A stretch of DNA of 64,000 bases, from NCBI GenBank assembly GCA_900617105.1, contig UYFQ01000001.1, positions 4,588,001 through 4,652,000 of the forward strand, read 5' to 3'. Both the position numbers and the translations under genes were made by a program. This DNA comes from Hydrurus foetidus (Eukaryota). The notes beneath the pieces are model-generated. The model worked only from the letters and a program-made list of their open reading frames with translations. It did not search any database and was not told where the DNA came from. Of the stretch, positions 1-11,064 are shown piece by piece; within the stretch, counting starts at the first letter, position 1; each line of letters begins with the position of its first letter.

Positions 1-477
1 GCAAACGAATTTGATGGACTTGGGGTTGAGCTTTTTCAAGCGGTCAATCGCCGCAATGGCTGAGTTGCCGGTGGCCAGCATCGGGTCGACCACGATGATG
101 TCGCGCTCGGCCATTTCGCTGGGCATTTTGAAGTAGTACTCCACCGCCTGCAGCGTGGCGGGGTCGCGGTACAGGCCGACGTGGCCTACGCGCGCGCCGG
201 GCACCACGTTCAGCATGCCTTCCAAAATACCGTTGCCCGCCCGCAAGATGGACACAAAAACCAGTTTTTTGCCATCGATCATCTTGCCTGTCATGGTCTC
301 CAGCGGCGTTTCAATTTGCACGTCTTGCAACGGCATGTCGCGCGTGACTTCGTATGCCATCAGGCTGGAGAGTTCATTGAGCAGGGTGCGAAAAGTGTTG
401 GTCGATGCGTCTTTGCGGCGCATCAGCGTCAGCTTGTGCTGCACCAGCGGGTGGTTGATCAGGTGAACGTTTGACAT
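1..477 (-). CDS. upp: uracil phosphoribosyltransferase (3' end outside window)
   Basis: Manual translation from ATG at 477: [23 protein letters not shown]...[12 protein letters not shown]...[12 protein letters not shown] (PRPP-binding motif). Absent from the ORF track because it runs off the edge. Confidence 0.95.
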   Translation of the reverse strand, partial: MSNVHLINHPLVQHKLTLMRRKDASTNTFRTLLNELSSLMAYEVTRDMPLQDVQIETPLETMTGKMIDGKKLVFVSILRAGNGILEGMLNVVPGARVGHVGLYRDPATLQAVEYYFKMPSEMAERDIIVVDPMLATGNSAIAAIDRLKKLNPKSIKFVC

Positions 478-500
478 TTAAAAATTCCTTTTTATTTGAG

Positions 501-2012
501 TTAACGGCGGCCGCCAAACAAGCTGCCCAGCACGCCGCGAATAATTTGCCGGCCCACCGTTGAGCCCATGGTGCGCACGGCCGACCTGGCCATGCTTTGG
601 GCCAGGCCGTCATGCACGCCGCCGCGTGGGCCAGTGGTGCCAAACAGCACGTCTTTGAGCCCGCCCATCATGCCGCCAGATTCGGTTTGGCCTGCAGCGC
701 CGCTGTTCGGTGCGCTTTGCGCCGTGGCAGTGCTAGTCGCCGCACGGGTTTGTAGTTTTTCGTAGGCAGATTCACGGTCAACTGCTTTTTCATACACACC
801 TGCCACCAGCGAATTGCTGAGCAAGGCCTTGCGCTGCTCGGGCGTGATGGGGCCAATCTGGCTGCCGGGTGGCAACACGTATACGCGCTCTGTTTCAGTC
901 GGCCTGCCTTTTGCATCCAGCAGGCTGATCAGTGCTTCGCCAACTGCCAATTCGGTAATCGCCGTTTCAATGTCGAGGCCGGGCTTTTGCCGCATGGTTT
1001 GCGCCGTGGCTTTGACGGCTTTTTGGTCACGCGGCGTGAAAGCGCGCAGTGCATGTTGCACCCGGTTGCCGAGCTGGGCCAACACAGAATCTGGAATATC
1101 CAGCGGGTTTTGCGTCACAAAATACACGCCCACGCCTTTAGAACGCACCAGCCGTACGACCAGCTCAATGCGCTCGACCAGCACCTTGGGCGCTTCATTG
1201 AACAGCAAGTGCGCCTCGTCAAAAAAGAACACCAGCTTGGGTTGGTCTAAGTCACCAACTTCGGGCAGCTGCTCAAACAGCTCAGACAGCATCCACAGCA
1301 AAAATGTGGCGTACAGGCGGGGTGCGTTCAGCAGCTTGTCGGCAGCAAGTATGTTGATAACGCCTTGGCCGTCAGTTGTCTGCATGAAGTCGCTGATGTT
1401 GAGCATCGGCTCCCCAAAAAACTTGTCTGCGCCCTGGCTTTCAATTTGCAGCAGCCCGCGCTGAATGGCGCCCACGCTGGCGGCGCTCACGTTGCCGTAC
1501 TGGGTGGTGAACTCGCTGCCGTTGTCGCCCACGTACTGCAACATGGCGCGCAGGTCTTTCAGGTCCAGCAGCAGCATGGCGTTGTCGTCGGCAATTTTGA
1601 AGACGATGTTCAGCACGCCGGCCTGCGTCTCATTGAGGTTCAGCATGCGCCCCAAGAGCAGCGGGCCCATGTCTGAAATGGTGGCGCGCACTGGGTGGCC
1701 TTGCTCGCCGAACACGTCCCACAGGGTGGCGGGGCAGGCGGCAGAAACTGGTGTTTCTATGCTGCGTTCTTTTAGAATGCTGGCCATTTTTTCGCCGATT
1801 TTGCCGGCCTGGCTGATGCCTGTGAGGTCGCCCTTCACATCGGCCATAAACACGGGCACGCCGATTTTTGAGAAGTTCTCGGCCAACGTTTGCAGCGTGA
1901 CGGTTTTACCGGTACCGGTAGCGCCAGTAATCAAGCCATGGCGGTTGGCTAGCGCGGGCAGCAGGGCGCAGGTGGTGGCGGCGTTTTTGGCAATTAAAAG
2001 CGGTTCAGCCAT
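501..2012 (-). CDS. HerA-like / DUF853 (YjgR-type) P-loop ATPase
   Basis: [15 protein letters not shown]alker [13 protein letters not shown]alker [16 protein letters not shown]. Probable start MAEPLL at 2012. Confidence 0.88.
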   Translation of the reverse strand: MAEPLLIAKNAATTCALLPALANRHGLITGATGTGKTVTLQTLAENFSKIGVPVFMADVKGDLTGISQAGKIGEKMASILKERSIETPVSAACPATLWDVFGEQGHPVRATISDMGPLLLGRMLNLNETQAGVLNIVFKIADDNAMLLLDLKDLRAMLQYVGDNGSEFTTQYGNVSAASVGAIQRGLLQIESQGADKFFGEPMLNISDFMQTTDGQGVINILAADKLLNAPRLYATFLLWMLSELFEQLPEVGDLDQPKLVFFFDEAHLLFNEAPKVLVERIELVVRLVRSKGVGVYFVTQNPLDIPDSVLAQLGNRVQHALRAFTPRDQKAVKATAQTMRQKPGLDIETAITELAVGEALISLLDAKGRPTETERVYVLPPGSQIGPITPEQRKALLSNSLVAGVYEKAVDRESAYEKLQTRAATSTATAQSAPNSGAAGQTESGGMMGGLKDVLFGTTGPRGGVHDGLAQSMARSAVRTMGSTVGRQIIRGVLGSLFGGRR

Positions 2013-2086
2013 GGGGGCAAGCTCCTGGAAAAGTAAAATGCAGCAAGTAGAGTAAATCAAAACACAAGCAAATTTCAAGGATCACC

Positions 2087-2812
2087 GTGGCAGGTCACAG
2101 TAAATGGGCGAATATTCAGCACCGCAAGGGCAGGCAGGACGAAAAACGCCAGCGCATTTGGACGCGGGTGATGCGCGAGATCATGGTGGCGGCGCGCCTG
2201 GGTGGGGGTGATGCAGCCACCAACCCGCGCTTGAGGTTAGCCATCGAAAAAGGCAAGTCGGCCAATATGCCGCTTGAAAACGTGAAGTACGGCATCGCCA
2301 AAGCCACCGGCAGCCTGGAAGGCGTGCAGTACGAAGAAGTGCGCTACGAGGGCTACGGCATCGGTGGCGCGGCCATCATCATTGACTGCATGACCGACAA
2401 CAAAACCCGCACCGTGGCTGAGGTGCGGCACGCCTTTTTAAAGCACGGCGGCAACATGGGCACTGAGGGCTCGGTGGCGTTTCAGTTCAAGCACTGCGGG
2501 CAATTGATTTTTGCGCCGGGCACCAGCGAAGACAAGGTAATGGAAATTGCATTGGAATCGGGTGCTAACGACGTAATTAGCCACGACGACGGTGCAATTG
2601 AAGTGCTGACCCCGTACACCGAATTTGAAACCGTAAAAAACGCGCTTGAAGCCGCGGGTTTGAAGCCTGAGATTGCCGAAATCACGATGCGGGCTGACAA
2701 CGCTATCGAGATGGCTGGCGCGGAAGCAGCAAAGATGCAAAAGCTGCTCGATGTGCTCGAAGATTTGGACGATACACAGGACGTGTTTCACAACGCGGCC
2801 TTAACCGAGTAG
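2087..2812 (+). CDS. yebC: YebC/PmpR family protein
   Basis: [19 protein letters not shown]-terminus, YEGYG motif, TDNKTRT. Confidence 0.95.
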   Translation: MAGHSKWANIQHRKGRQDEKRQRIWTRVMREIMVAARLGGGDAATNPRLRLAIEKGKSANMPLENVKYGIAKATGSLEGVQYEEVRYEGYGIGGAAIIIDCMTDNKTRTVAEVRHAFLKHGGNMGTEGSVAFQFKHCGQLIFAPGTSEDKVMEIALESGANDVISHDDGAIEVLTPYTEFETVKNALEAAGLKPEIAEITMRADNAIEMAGAEAAKMQKLLDVLEDLDDTQDVFHNAALTE

Positions 2813-2818
2813 AGCAGA

Positions 2819-4108
2819 ATGAAAGTTTTAGTTATAGGCGGCGGTGGCCGTGAACATGCGCTGGCCTGGAAGCTGGCGCAATCGCCCAAAGTGCAAGCGG
2901 TGTATGTTGCACCGGGCAATGGCGGCACTGCGCTGGCCAAGCGGCTGCAGAATATCAACATCACTGATGTGCAAGAGCTGCGGGAGTGGGCAGCTCTTGA
3001 AAAAATAGCATTGACGGTCGTGGGGCCTGAGCAACCGCTGGCCGCAGGCATTGTTGACGAGTTCCGCGCGCACGGCCTGAAGGTGTTTGGCCCGACCAAA
3101 GCGGCTGCGCAGCTTGAAAGCTCCAAGGCGTTTTCAAAAGCCTTTATGAAGCGCCACGGCATACCGACGGCGGAGTATGAAACTTTTACCGATGCAGTGG
3201 CTGCACACGCCTACATTGATGAAAAGGGCGCACCCATTGTGGTTAAGGCCGATGGCCTGGCCGCAGGCAAGGGTGTGGTGGTGGCCATGACGCTGCATGA
3301 GGCGCATGAGGCGATTGAGTTCATGCTCGCCCCGGACCCCAGCTTCAACCCGCTGGGCGTGACCCACAACCACGGCGGGGCAAGGGTAGTCATTGAAGAG
3401 TTTCTGCAAGGCGAAGAAGCCAGCTTTATCGTGATGTGTGACGGTAAAAACGTTGCAGTGATGGCCACCAGCCAGGACCACAAACGCCTGCTGGACGCCG
3501 ACCAAGGCCCCAACACCGGCGGCATGGGCGCGTATTCACCCGCGCCTGTCGTTACGCCGGACGTACACGCTAGAGCCATGCGCGAGATCATCATGCCCAC
3601 TATCAAGGGCATGGAAAAAGACGGCATACCGTTCACTGGCTTTTTGTACGCGGGCTTGATGATTGACGCGCACGGCAAACCCAAAACGCTTGAATTCAAC
3701 TGCCGCATGGGCGACCCAGAAACCCAGCCCATCATGATGCGGCTGAAAACCGATCTGGTGGACGTGATGCTGGCCGCCACATCGGGTGGGCTGGACAAAA
3801 TAGAGCTGGAATGGGACCGCAGGCCCGCGCTAGGCGTGGTGATGGCGGCGCACGGCTATCCGCTTAAGCCGCGCAAGGGCGATGTGATTTCGAACCTGCC
3901 CAAGCCCACCGAAGACACGATGGTATTTCATGCGGGAACCGCCGCCGAGGGTGCCAATACGGTGACATCTGGTGGGCGGGTGCTTTGCGTGACCGCGCTG
4001 GGCAGCACAGTGAAAGCTGCGCAGCAGCGGGCTTATGAAGTAGCACAAGGCATTAGTTTTGACGGTGCGCAGATGCGTAAGGACATTGGCTACAGGGCAA
4101 TCAAGTGA
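2819..4108 (+). CDS. purD: phosphoribosylamine--glycine ligase
   Basis: [18 protein letters not shown]...[24 protein letters not shown]. Confidence 0.97.
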   Translation: MKVLVIGGGGREHALAWKLAQSPKVQAVYVAPGNGGTALAKRLQNINITDVQELREWAALEKIALTVVGPEQPLAAGIVDEFRAHGLKVFGPTKAAAQLESSKAFSKAFMKRHGIPTAEYETFTDAVAAHAYIDEKGAPIVVKADGLAAGKGVVVAMTLHEAHEAIEFMLAPDPSFNPLGVTHNHGGARVVIEEFLQGEEASFIVMCDGKNVAVMATSQDHKRLLDADQGPNTGGMGAYSPAPVVTPDVHARAMREIIMPTIKGMEKDGIPFTGFLYAGLMIDAHGKPKTLEFNCRMGDPETQPIMMRLKTDLVDVMLAATSGGLDKIELEWDRRPALGVVMAAHGYPLKPRKGDVISNLPKPTEDTMVFHAGTAAEGANTVTSGGRVLCVTALGSTVKAAQQRAYEVAQGISFDGAQMRKDIGYRAIK

Positions 4109-5043
4109 TGACCATCTCAGACAAGCAGGCAGTGGAATTAGTCGATGTCCGGAGCTTTTTGCTCGGCTTGCAGCAGCGCATTACCAGTGCAGTAGCTGCG
4201 CTGGACGGTCACACGTTCAAATCCGATCATTGGGAAAAAGCACCTGGCGAGCCGCTGCAGGGCAACGGCATCACGCAAATCATGGAAGGCGGCAATGTGT
4301 TCGAGCGCGCCGGCTGCGGCTTTTCGCATGTGCATGGGCCCAAGTTGCCGCCATCAGCCACGCAGCACCGGCCTGAACTAGTGGGCGCGCCGTTTGAGGC
4401 CATGGGCGTGTCGCTGGTGTTTCACCCGCGCAACCCGTACGTGCCCACAGTGCACATGAATGTGCGCATGCTTGCGGCCACGCCTGTCGACGGCAGCCCG
4501 GTGGTTTGCTGGTTTGGCGGTGGCATGGACTTGACGCCGTACTACGCTTTTGAAGAAGACGCGGTGCATTTCCACCAAAGCTGCAAAGACGCGCTCGCGC
4601 CATTTGGCGACGACAAATACCCACGCTTTAAAAAATGGTGCGACGAGTACTTTTATTTGAAGCACCGCGATGAGCAGCGCGGCATCGGGGGTGTATTTTT
4701 TGACGACTTTCAGGAATTGGGGCCTGAAAACAGCTTTGCCATGATGCAAAGCGTCGCGGACGCGCTGACCAACGCGTATTTGCCGATTGTTGAAAAGCGT
4801 AAAGACACGCCCTATGGCGAACGCGAGCGTGACTTTCAGTTAAATCGGCGTGGCCGGTACGTGGAGTTCAATTTGGTGTGGGACCGCGGCACGCACTTTG
4901 GCTTGCAGTCGGGTGGGCGTACCGAGTCTATTTTGATGAGTATGCCGCCGCTGGCCAGCTGGGCTTACCAGCGCCCGGTTGAGCCCGGTTCGCATGAAGA
5001 GCGCCTGACCAAAGAGTTTTTACCCCGGCGGGATTGGGTTTGA
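4105..5043 (+). CDS. hemF: oxygen-dependent coproporphyrinogen III oxidase
   Basis: [63 protein letters not shown]. Confidence 0.97.
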   Translation: MMTISDKQAVELVDVRSFLLGLQQRITSAVAALDGHTFKSDHWEKAPGEPLQGNGITQIMEGGNVFERAGCGFSHVHGPKLPPSATQHRPELVGAPFEAMGVSLVFHPRNPYVPTVHMNVRMLAATPVDGSPVVCWFGGGMDLTPYYAFEEDAVHFHQSCKDALAPFGDDKYPRFKKWCDEYFYLKHRDEQRGIGGVFFDDFQELGPENSFAMMQSVADALTNAYLPIVEKRKDTPYGERERDFQLNRRGRYVEFNLVWDRGTHFGLQSGGRTESILMSMPPLASWAYQRPVEPGSHEERLTKEFLPRRDWV

Positions 5044-5687
5044 GTTTGACCCCAAGGCAAAAAAGAATTGGCGTGTTTGGCGGCGCGTTTGACCCGCCGC
5101 ATAACGCGCATATTGCGCTTGCCCAAGTTGCTATCAAAACGCTTGAGCTGGATGTGCTGCACATCATCCCTACCGGCAGGGCTTGGCACAAAGCCAGAAC
5201 GCTCAGCCCGCCAGAGCAGCGCTTGGCCATGACGCAGTTGGCGTTTGGCGATTTGCCTGGCGTGGTGGTGGATGATCGTGAAATCAAGCGCGCAGGGCCG
5301 ACTTTCACCGTAGACACGCTGCTGGCGCTACAGGCTGAACATCCTGCTGCGCAGCTTTATCTCATCATGGGCGCCGACCAGTTTGCTGCATTTGGGCAAT
5401 GGCACCAGTGGCAAACGATACTGCAAACCGCTATAATATGTATAGCTGCTCGCGCCCGTATTATTTGGCCTAAAGACCAATTTGACGCTTATAATGAGGC
5501 TCAAAATCGGCTTTTGGAGCTGCCTTTGCCCGAAATGGCGGTCAGCGCCACCCAAATTCGTCAGTTACTGGCGGCCGCCGCAAGCGCCGGCTTAGGCGAA
5601 AATCAGGCTATCGCTGACTTGTTGCCTGCACCTGTTGCGCGTTATATTGCCCAACATCAGCTTTATCAGACAGCTCTGCCACACTAG
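5034..5687 (+). CDS. nadD: nicotinate-nucleotide adenylyltransferase
   Basis: [14 protein letters not shown] (HxxH), LIMGAD, VSATQIR. Conserved nadD-rsfS-rlmH-maf-rng order. Confidence 0.93.
   Translation: MGLSLTPRQKRIGVFGGAFDPPHNAHIALAQVAIKTLELDVLHIIPTGRAWHKARTLSPPEQRLAMTQLAFGDLPGVVVDDREIKRAGPTFTVDTLLALQAEHPAAQLYLIMGADQFAAFGQWHQWQTILQTAIICIAARARIIWPKDQFDAYNEAQNRLLELPLPEMAVSATQIRQLLAAAASAGLGENQAIADLLPAPVARYIAQHQLYQTALPH
5430..5485 (-). repeat. dispersed ~50-bp repeat, copy 1 (inside nadD)
   Basis: Reverse complement reads ...taggccaaataatacGGGCGCGAGCAGCTATAcatatTATAGC. Confidence 0.85.
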
Positions 5688-5709
5688 TTTTACTTTATAA
5701 AGATACCGA

Positions 5710-6555
5710 ATGAATACAAACGCGAATAGCTCAGTCAGGTCTGCCGCCGTAGAAAAGAAAGACGTGCAAAAACTGCAGCGCGCCATCATCGATGGGCTGG
5801 AAGACGTGAAGGGGCAAGACATTGTGGTGTTTGACACCGAGCACATCACGTCGCTGTTTGAGCGGGTCATCATTGCGTCTGGCACGTCAAATCGCCAAAC
5901 CAAAGCGCTGGCCGCCAGCGTGCGTGACGCCGTGCGCGATGCAGGCTTTGGCAAGCCGCGTATTGAAGGTGAAGAAAACGGCGAGTGGATCATTGTGGAT
6001 TGTGGCGCGGCTGTGGCGCACATCATGCAGCCCACAATTCGCCAGTACTACCACCTCGAAGAGCTGTGGGGCGATAAGCCGATCAAGCTCAAGCTCGGTG
6101 CGCCTGCGCCGCTGGTGAAGGCTGCGAAAATTGAAGTTGAGCCTGAGCCGGTTGTGAAAGTGAAAACAGTAAAAAGCGTGGCGGGCAAAAAAGTGGCGGC
6201 TAAAAAATCTGGCAAGGCTTCCAAAAAGGCGTTGGGCAAGCCTGAAGTCAAAACGCCCGTGCGCATACCCACCACCACAGTTGACTCCAGCTACGTCGGC
6301 AGAATTGGCAAAACCAACGACTGGACGGCCAAGCGAAACGCGACTGAAGTTGCTGCAGAGCCGGTGCCCGTAGCGCGCAAGCCGGCTGCAAAATCAGCAG
6401 TCAAGACGCCCATCGTCAAAGTACCGGTGGCGAAAAAAGTAGCTGCTAAAAAAGTAGCCCTGAAAACCGCTGCAAAAGCTGCCACCAAGAGTGCTGCCAA
6501 AAAACCTGCGCTTAGAAAGCCAGCAACAAAAACTGCTGCTCCGCGCAGCAAATGA
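5710..6555 (+). CDS. rsfS: ribosome silencing factor RsfS with long Lys/Ala/Pro-rich C-terminal tail
   Basis: [13 protein letters not shown]...[11 protein letters not shown]...WIIVDCG...YYHLEELWG, followed by about 150 aa of KKVAAKK-type low complexity. Confidence 0.92.
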   Translation: MNTNANSSVRSAAVEKKDVQKLQRAIIDGLEDVKGQDIVVFDTEHITSLFERVIIASGTSNRQTKALAASVRDAVRDAGFGKPRIEGEENGEWIIVDCGAAVAHIMQPTIRQYYHLEELWGDKPIKLKLGAPAPLVKAAKIEVEPEPVVKVKTVKSVAGKKVAAKKSGKASKKALGKPEVKTPVRIPTTTVDSSYVGRIGKTNDWTAKRNATEVAAEPVPVARKPAAKSAVKTPIVKVPVAKKVAAKKVALKTAAKAATKSAAKKPALRKPATKTAAPRSK

Positions 6556-7019
6556 GGCTGACGATAGTCGCCGTTGGCCTGAAGGTGCCCGACTGGGCGC
6601 AAACCGCTTACGACGACTACGCCAAACGCTTTCCGCCTGAAATTAAAGTTGAGCTGAAAGCTGTTAAAACCGAGCCGCGCGCGTCCAAAACACTCGATAC
6701 GCTTTTGCTGGCCGAAAAGTTGCGGATAGAAGCGGCAATTCCACGCGGCACGCATGTCGTTGCGCTGGACGAGCGCGGTACCAACGTCACCACGGTCGCG
6801 CTGGCTGAGCGGCTCAAAGCCTGGCAACTGTCGGGCGACGATGTGGCGATTGTAATTGGCGGGCCAGATGGGCTGGATGCCGGTTTTAAAAAAGCGGCGC
6901 ATGAACGTTTGCGTTTGTCCGATTTAACACTACCGCATGCGATGGTGCGGGTGCTGCTCATTGAACAGCTCTACCGCGCGTGGAGCATCACAATCAATCA
7001 TCCGTACCACAGAGAATGA
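6552..7019 (+). CDS. rlmH: 23S rRNA (pseudouridine1915-N3)-methyltransferase
   Basis: [32 protein letters not shown]...HPYHRE. Confidence 0.96.
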   Translation: MRLTIVAVGLKVPDWAQTAYDDYAKRFPPEIKVELKAVKTEPRASKTLDTLLLAEKLRIEAAIPRGTHVVALDERGTNVTTVALAERLKAWQLSGDDVAIVIGGPDGLDAGFKKAAHERLRLSDLTLPHAMVRVLLIEQLYRAWSITINHPYHRE

Positions 7020-7020
7020 C

Positions 7021-7623
7021 GTGGCAGACTTCGTTTATTTAGCCTCCCAAAGCCCACGCCGCAGACAACTGCTGGAGCAGTTAGGCGTTCAGTACGAGCT
7101 GCTACTAGCCGGCAAAAGCGAAGACGCAGAGGCACTAGAAATCGCTCTTAAGAGTGAATCACCAACCGCCTATGTCAAGCGAGTCACCAATCTCAAACTG
7201 GATGCAGCTGTTGCCCGTTTAAAGCTGCGTGGACTTCAACCGGCACCTGTCCTTTGCTCAGACACCACAGTGGCATTGGGCCGCGCTATTTACGGCAAGC
7301 CAGATGACGCGCTAGACGCAAAACGCATGTTGGCTGAGCTTTCTGGCAATACCCACCGCGTGCTGACGGCTGTGGCCGTACAAGCAGGCCGCAAGCGGTT
7401 TGATGCGCTCAGTACCTCCAGGGTCACATTTGAGGCCATGACGGCCAGGCAAATCAGCGCCTATGTTTCCACTGGCGAGCCGCTCGGCAAAGCCGGTGCG
7501 TATGCGGTGCAGGGCAGGGCTGCCGTGCACATCACGCGCATCGACGGCAGCTACAGCGGCATCATGGGGTTGCCGATTCGTGAAACGGCGTTGCTGCTCA
7601 AAGCGGCCGGCCTGAGAATTTAG
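7021..7623 (+). CDS. maf: Maf family nucleoside triphosphate pyrophosphatase
   Basis: YLASQSPRRRQLL, SDTTV, GEPLGKAGAYAVQG. GTG start at 7021. Confidence 0.93.
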   Translation: MADFVYLASQSPRRRQLLEQLGVQYELLLAGKSEDAEALEIALKSESPTAYVKRVTNLKLDAAVARLKLRGLQPAPVLCSDTTVALGRAIYGKPDDALDAKRMLAELSGNTHRVLTAVAVQAGRKRFDALSTSRVTFEAMTARQISAYVSTGEPLGKAGAYAVQGRAAVHITRIDGSYSGIMGLPIRETALLLKAAGLRI

Positions 7624-7634
7624 AATTCAACGCA

Positions 7635-9107
7635 ATGCAACAAGACATCCTCATCAACTGGTCGCCCCAGGAAACCCGCGTAGCCGTTATTGAACATGGC
7701 GCGTTGCAAGAGCTGCAGGTTGAACGTTCGTTAGAGCGCGGACTGGTCGGCAACGTGTATTTGGGCAAGGTGGCGCGCGTGCTGCCGGGCATGCAGTCGG
7801 CCTTCATTGATATCGGGCTGGACAAAGCCGCGTTCTTGCACGTAGCGGACTTGATGAGCAGCATCAACAGTCGCCATGCGGACGGCGACGCGCCCGCACC
7901 CGCCGTTCAGCCCATTGAAAAACAGCTGTTTGAAGGCCAGGCCGTGATGGTGCAGGTGCTTAAAGATCCGATTGGCACCAAGGGCGCCCGACTTACCGCG
8001 CAAATCAGTATTGCAGGGCGTTTGCTGGTTTTTCTGCCGCAAGACGACCATGTGGGTGTGTCCCAAAAAATTCCGCCCAAGCAACGCGAAGAGCTTCGGC
8101 AACGTGTAATTGCTCTGGCCGGTGCCGCAGGCGGCGGTTTTATTTTGCGCACCAATGGTGAAGACGCGCTGGACGCTGAGCTGCTGGAAGACATTGCCTA
8201 TCTTCGCAAAACCTGGGCCCGCATTAAAGACGCGGCACTGCGTTTGCCGCCAGCGTCGGTGCTGCACCAAGACCTTGATTTACTGCAGCGCGTGCTGCGT
8301 GATGTGGTGTTTGAAGGAACGCAAACCATACGAATTGATTCACGCGAACAATTCGAAAAACTCAAAACCTTTGCCGCCGAATTTATGCCGGCAACGGCTG
8401 AAAAGCTGCAGCTGTACGCCGGTGAGCGCCCCATTTTCGATTTGTTCAATATTGACGAAGACATCGCCAAAGCGCTGGGCCGCCGGGTTGATTTGAAATC
8501 GGGCGGTTACCTCATCATTGACCAAACCGAGGCGCTGACCACGGTTGACGTGAACACCGGCGGCTTTGTCGGTGCGCGCAATTTTGACGAGACGATTTTC
8601 AAGACCAATCTTGAAGCGTCGCTGGCGATTGCCCGGCAATTGCGGCTGCGCAACCTGGGCGGTATTGTGATTGTGGACTTCATTGATATGGTCAAAGAGG
8701 CGCATCGAGATTCGGTGTTGGCTGAATTTCAAAAGCAGCTTGCGCGTGATCGTGTCAAGACAAACGTCAACGGGTTTTCGGCTTTAGGGCTGCTGGAGAT
8801 GACTCGCAAGCGCACCCGTGAATCTCTGGCCCATCAGTTGTGCGAGCCTTGCAGTGCCTGCAGCGGCAAAGGTGTTGTCAAAACTGCCCGCAGCGTGACG
8901 TATGACATTTTGCGAGAGATTCTGCGCGAGGCGCGGCAGTTTAATCCGCGCGAGTTCAGGGTCGTGGCGTCGCCCAAAGTCATTGAGCTTTTTTTAGATG
9001 AAGAAAGCCAGCACTTGGCTGGCCTTAGCGAGTTTATTGGCAAGCCGATTTCGCTTCAGGCTGAAGCGGCCATGGCGCAAGAGCAATACGATATTGTGTT
9101 GATGTAA
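7635..9107 (+). CDS. rng: ribonuclease G
   Basis: GNVYLGKVARVLPGMQSAFIDIG, TTVDVNTG, LRLRNLGGIVIVDFIDM. About 490 aa with no RNase E scaffold tail. Confidence 0.95.
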   Translation: MQQDILINWSPQETRVAVIEHGALQELQVERSLERGLVGNVYLGKVARVLPGMQSAFIDIGLDKAAFLHVADLMSSINSRHADGDAPAPAVQPIEKQLFEGQAVMVQVLKDPIGTKGARLTAQISIAGRLLVFLPQDDHVGVSQKIPPKQREELRQRVIALAGAAGGGFILRTNGEDALDAELLEDIAYLRKTWARIKDAALRLPPASVLHQDLDLLQRVLRDVVFEGTQTIRIDSREQFEKLKTFAAEFMPATAEKLQLYAGERPIFDLFNIDEDIAKALGRRVDLKSGGYLIIDQTEALTTVDVNTGGFVGARNFDETIFKTNLEASLAIARQLRLRNLGGIVIVDFIDMVKEAHRDSVLAEFQKQLARDRVKTNVNGFSALGLLEMTRKRTRESLAHQLCEPCSACSGKGVVKTARSVTYDILREILREARQFNPREFRVVASPKVIELFLDEESQHLAGLSEFIGKPISLQAEAAMAQEQYDIVLM

Positions 9108-9121
9108 ACACCATTCAAAAC

Positions 9122-9883
9122 ATGGCTCAGCAAACCATACCCATACTGATGTACCACCAGGTCGACGCAGAGCCGCCAAAAGGCTCGCCGATGCGCGGGT
9201 TGGTGGTTGCGCCCAAGACATTTGCCAGACACATGGCGGCGCTTTCGGCGATCGGTTATGCGGGCAAGTCTATGGGTGACTTGGTCCCTTACCTGACCGG
9301 GGAAAAACGCGGCAAAGTATTTGGCATCACCTTTGACGACGGATATGAAAACAACCTGCGTTGTGCGCTGCCAGTGCTCAAACGCCATGGCTTCACTTCA
9401 ACTTGCTATGTGGTGGCCAACCAGGTGGGGAAAACCAACAGCTGGGACATCGAGCGTGGGGTTGTGCAGGTACCGTTGATGACGGTGCAGCAGCTTCAAG
9501 CCTGGATTGACGCGGGTCAAGAAGTCGGCTCCCACACCTTGAGCCACGCCAACGTGTCCCAATTGGCGGAAGCAGAGCAGCGCCTGGAAATTGGTGAGTC
9601 AAAGCACGCACTAGAGCAAATGATTGATCAGGTCGGTGGGGTCCAGCATTTTTGTTACCCCTACGGCGGCCTGAATGCAGGCGCTACAGCGGCAGTTAAA
9701 AGCGCGGGTTATGTCACTGCCACCACTACCGCGCGGGGTCGTGCAGTTCCGGGCCAGTCAGACGACTTGCTTTTGCCGCGTGTACTGGTAAGCCGCACCA
9801 CAACCTGGATGCAGCTGCTGCTGAAATGCCTGAGCCGATACGAAGACAAACGCGGTTCAACCCGCCGCAGCGCAGCGCCGTAG
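9122..9883 (+). CDS. polysaccharide deacetylase family protein
   Basis: IPILMYHQV, ITFDDGY, GSHTLSH, FCYPYG (NodB-type motifs). Confidence 0.9.
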   Translation: MAQQTIPILMYHQVDAEPPKGSPMRGLVVAPKTFARHMAALSAIGYAGKSMGDLVPYLTGEKRGKVFGITFDDGYENNLRCALPVLKRHGFTSTCYVVANQVGKTNSWDIERGVVQVPLMTVQQLQAWIDAGQEVGSHTLSHANVSQLAEAEQRLEIGESKHALEQMIDQVGGVQHFCYPYGGLNAGATAAVKSAGYVTATTTARGRAVPGQSDDLLLPRVLVSRTTTWMQLLLKCLSRYEDKRGSTRRSAAP

Positions 9884-9924
9884 GCCTGAAGCGCTATGAA
9901 TGACGCCAAGTTTATAAAACTGAT

Positions 9925-11064
9925 GTGATGAAACCGCAGCTGGCCGTTGTTACGCGGAACTTTGCAAAGACGAGCGGTGGCGCAGAAAGTCTGGCCGTTT
10001 CTTTGGCCATGTGCATGCTTGGCGAGTACGACATTACGGTGGTTTCCCAGTTGTTTGTACCGCCGCCCATCCCAGAAGGCGCGCACCTCAAGCACGTGCT
10101 GGTTCCCAAGCTGCCGATTGGTTCGCGCTGGATCAACCAATTGTGGTTTAGCTGGTACACCCGGCGCGTTACGCGCTCGGGATTTGACGTGGTGCACTCT
10201 TACGAAAACATCACGCACGGTAGCGTACAAACCGTCAGCGTTAAAACGGTTCATGCCAGCCTAAAGCAGCGCGGTATGAGCGCACTGCGTATTGCGCTAA
10301 GCCCCAGGCTGCTTGCCTATTTATGGCTTGAGAACAAGCGGATGCTTAACGCCACGCATCACTGCGTTTTTGTATCGCAATTTGTGCACGATGAAACCCG
10401 GCAATACATGGCCGGTTTACCCGAATGCACTGTTGTTCCGCCAGGAGTAGACATACCAAGTCAGCCAATCAGTGATTTAGAAAAAGCGGCAGCTCGCGAG
10501 CGCCTGGGGCTTCGCGCGGGTGTCATGACCGTTGGCTTTGTGGGTCATGATTTTAAAAAGAAAGGCTTGGACGTATTGCTTGCAGGCGCGGCGCTGCTGC
10601 CGTTTGACGTTCAGATAATGGTCATTGGCAAACCGGGGCAAGCGGCGCATTACGCTGATCGGGTTAAGGCACTGGGTGTGGGTAAAACTTGCCGATTTAT
10701 GGGGGTAGTGGCTGATATGCAAACGGCTTACGCCACTATGGACTGCCTGGCCCACCCCACCACGCAAGATGTATTTCCCATGGTACTGCTGGAGGCAATG
10801 GCCAGGCAAATACCGGTGCTAACAACAACTGAGCCGCACAACAACATGGGTAGTTTGCTGACTGATCAGACCAACGCGCTGTTGCTGCAAGATCCTGACG
10901 ACAGCGCAGCAGTTGCTCGTGCGCTGCGGCAGCTGCGAACAGACAAGGCACTGACAGCCAAGCTGGCACGCAACGGATTTGAGTTTGCGCAGCGGTACAG
11001 CTGGGAAGTTGCTAAAACCAAGTATTACGCGGTGTACGACAGAGCCAGGGCTTTCAAAACGTGA
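9925..11064 (+). CDS. glycosyltransferase family 4 (GT-B)
   Basis: GGAE N-terminal motif, KKKGLDVLL, DVFPMVLLEAMA, YSWE. Confidence 0.88.
   Translation: MMKPQLAVVTRNFAKTSGGAESLAVSLAMCMLGEYDITVVSQLFVPPPIPEGAHLKHVLVPKLPIGSRWINQLWFSWYTRRVTRSGFDVVHSYENITHGSVQTVSVKTVHASLKQRGMSALRIALSPRLLAYLWLENKRMLNATHHCVFVSQFVHDETRQYMAGLPECTVVPPGVDIPSQPISDLEKAAARERLGLRAGVMTVGFVGHDFKKKGLDVLLAGAALLPFDVQIMVIGKPGQAAHYADRVKALGVGKTCRFMGVVADMQTAYATMDCLAHPTTQDVFPMVLLEAMARQIPVLTTTEPHNNMGSLLTDQTNALLLQDPDDSAAVARALRQLRTDKALTAKLARNGFEFAQRYSWEVAKTKYYAVYDRARAFKT

Noticed and set aside
501..2012. HerA-like ATPase as part of a defence system
   Set aside because: It is DUF853-type with housekeeping neighbours (upp, yebC) and no partner nuclease or sirtuin.
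6430..6460. AAAAAAGTAGCTGCTAAAAAAGTAGC as another repeat copy
   Set aside because: It is explained by KKVAAKKVA codons in the RsfS tail and lacks the GCGC core.
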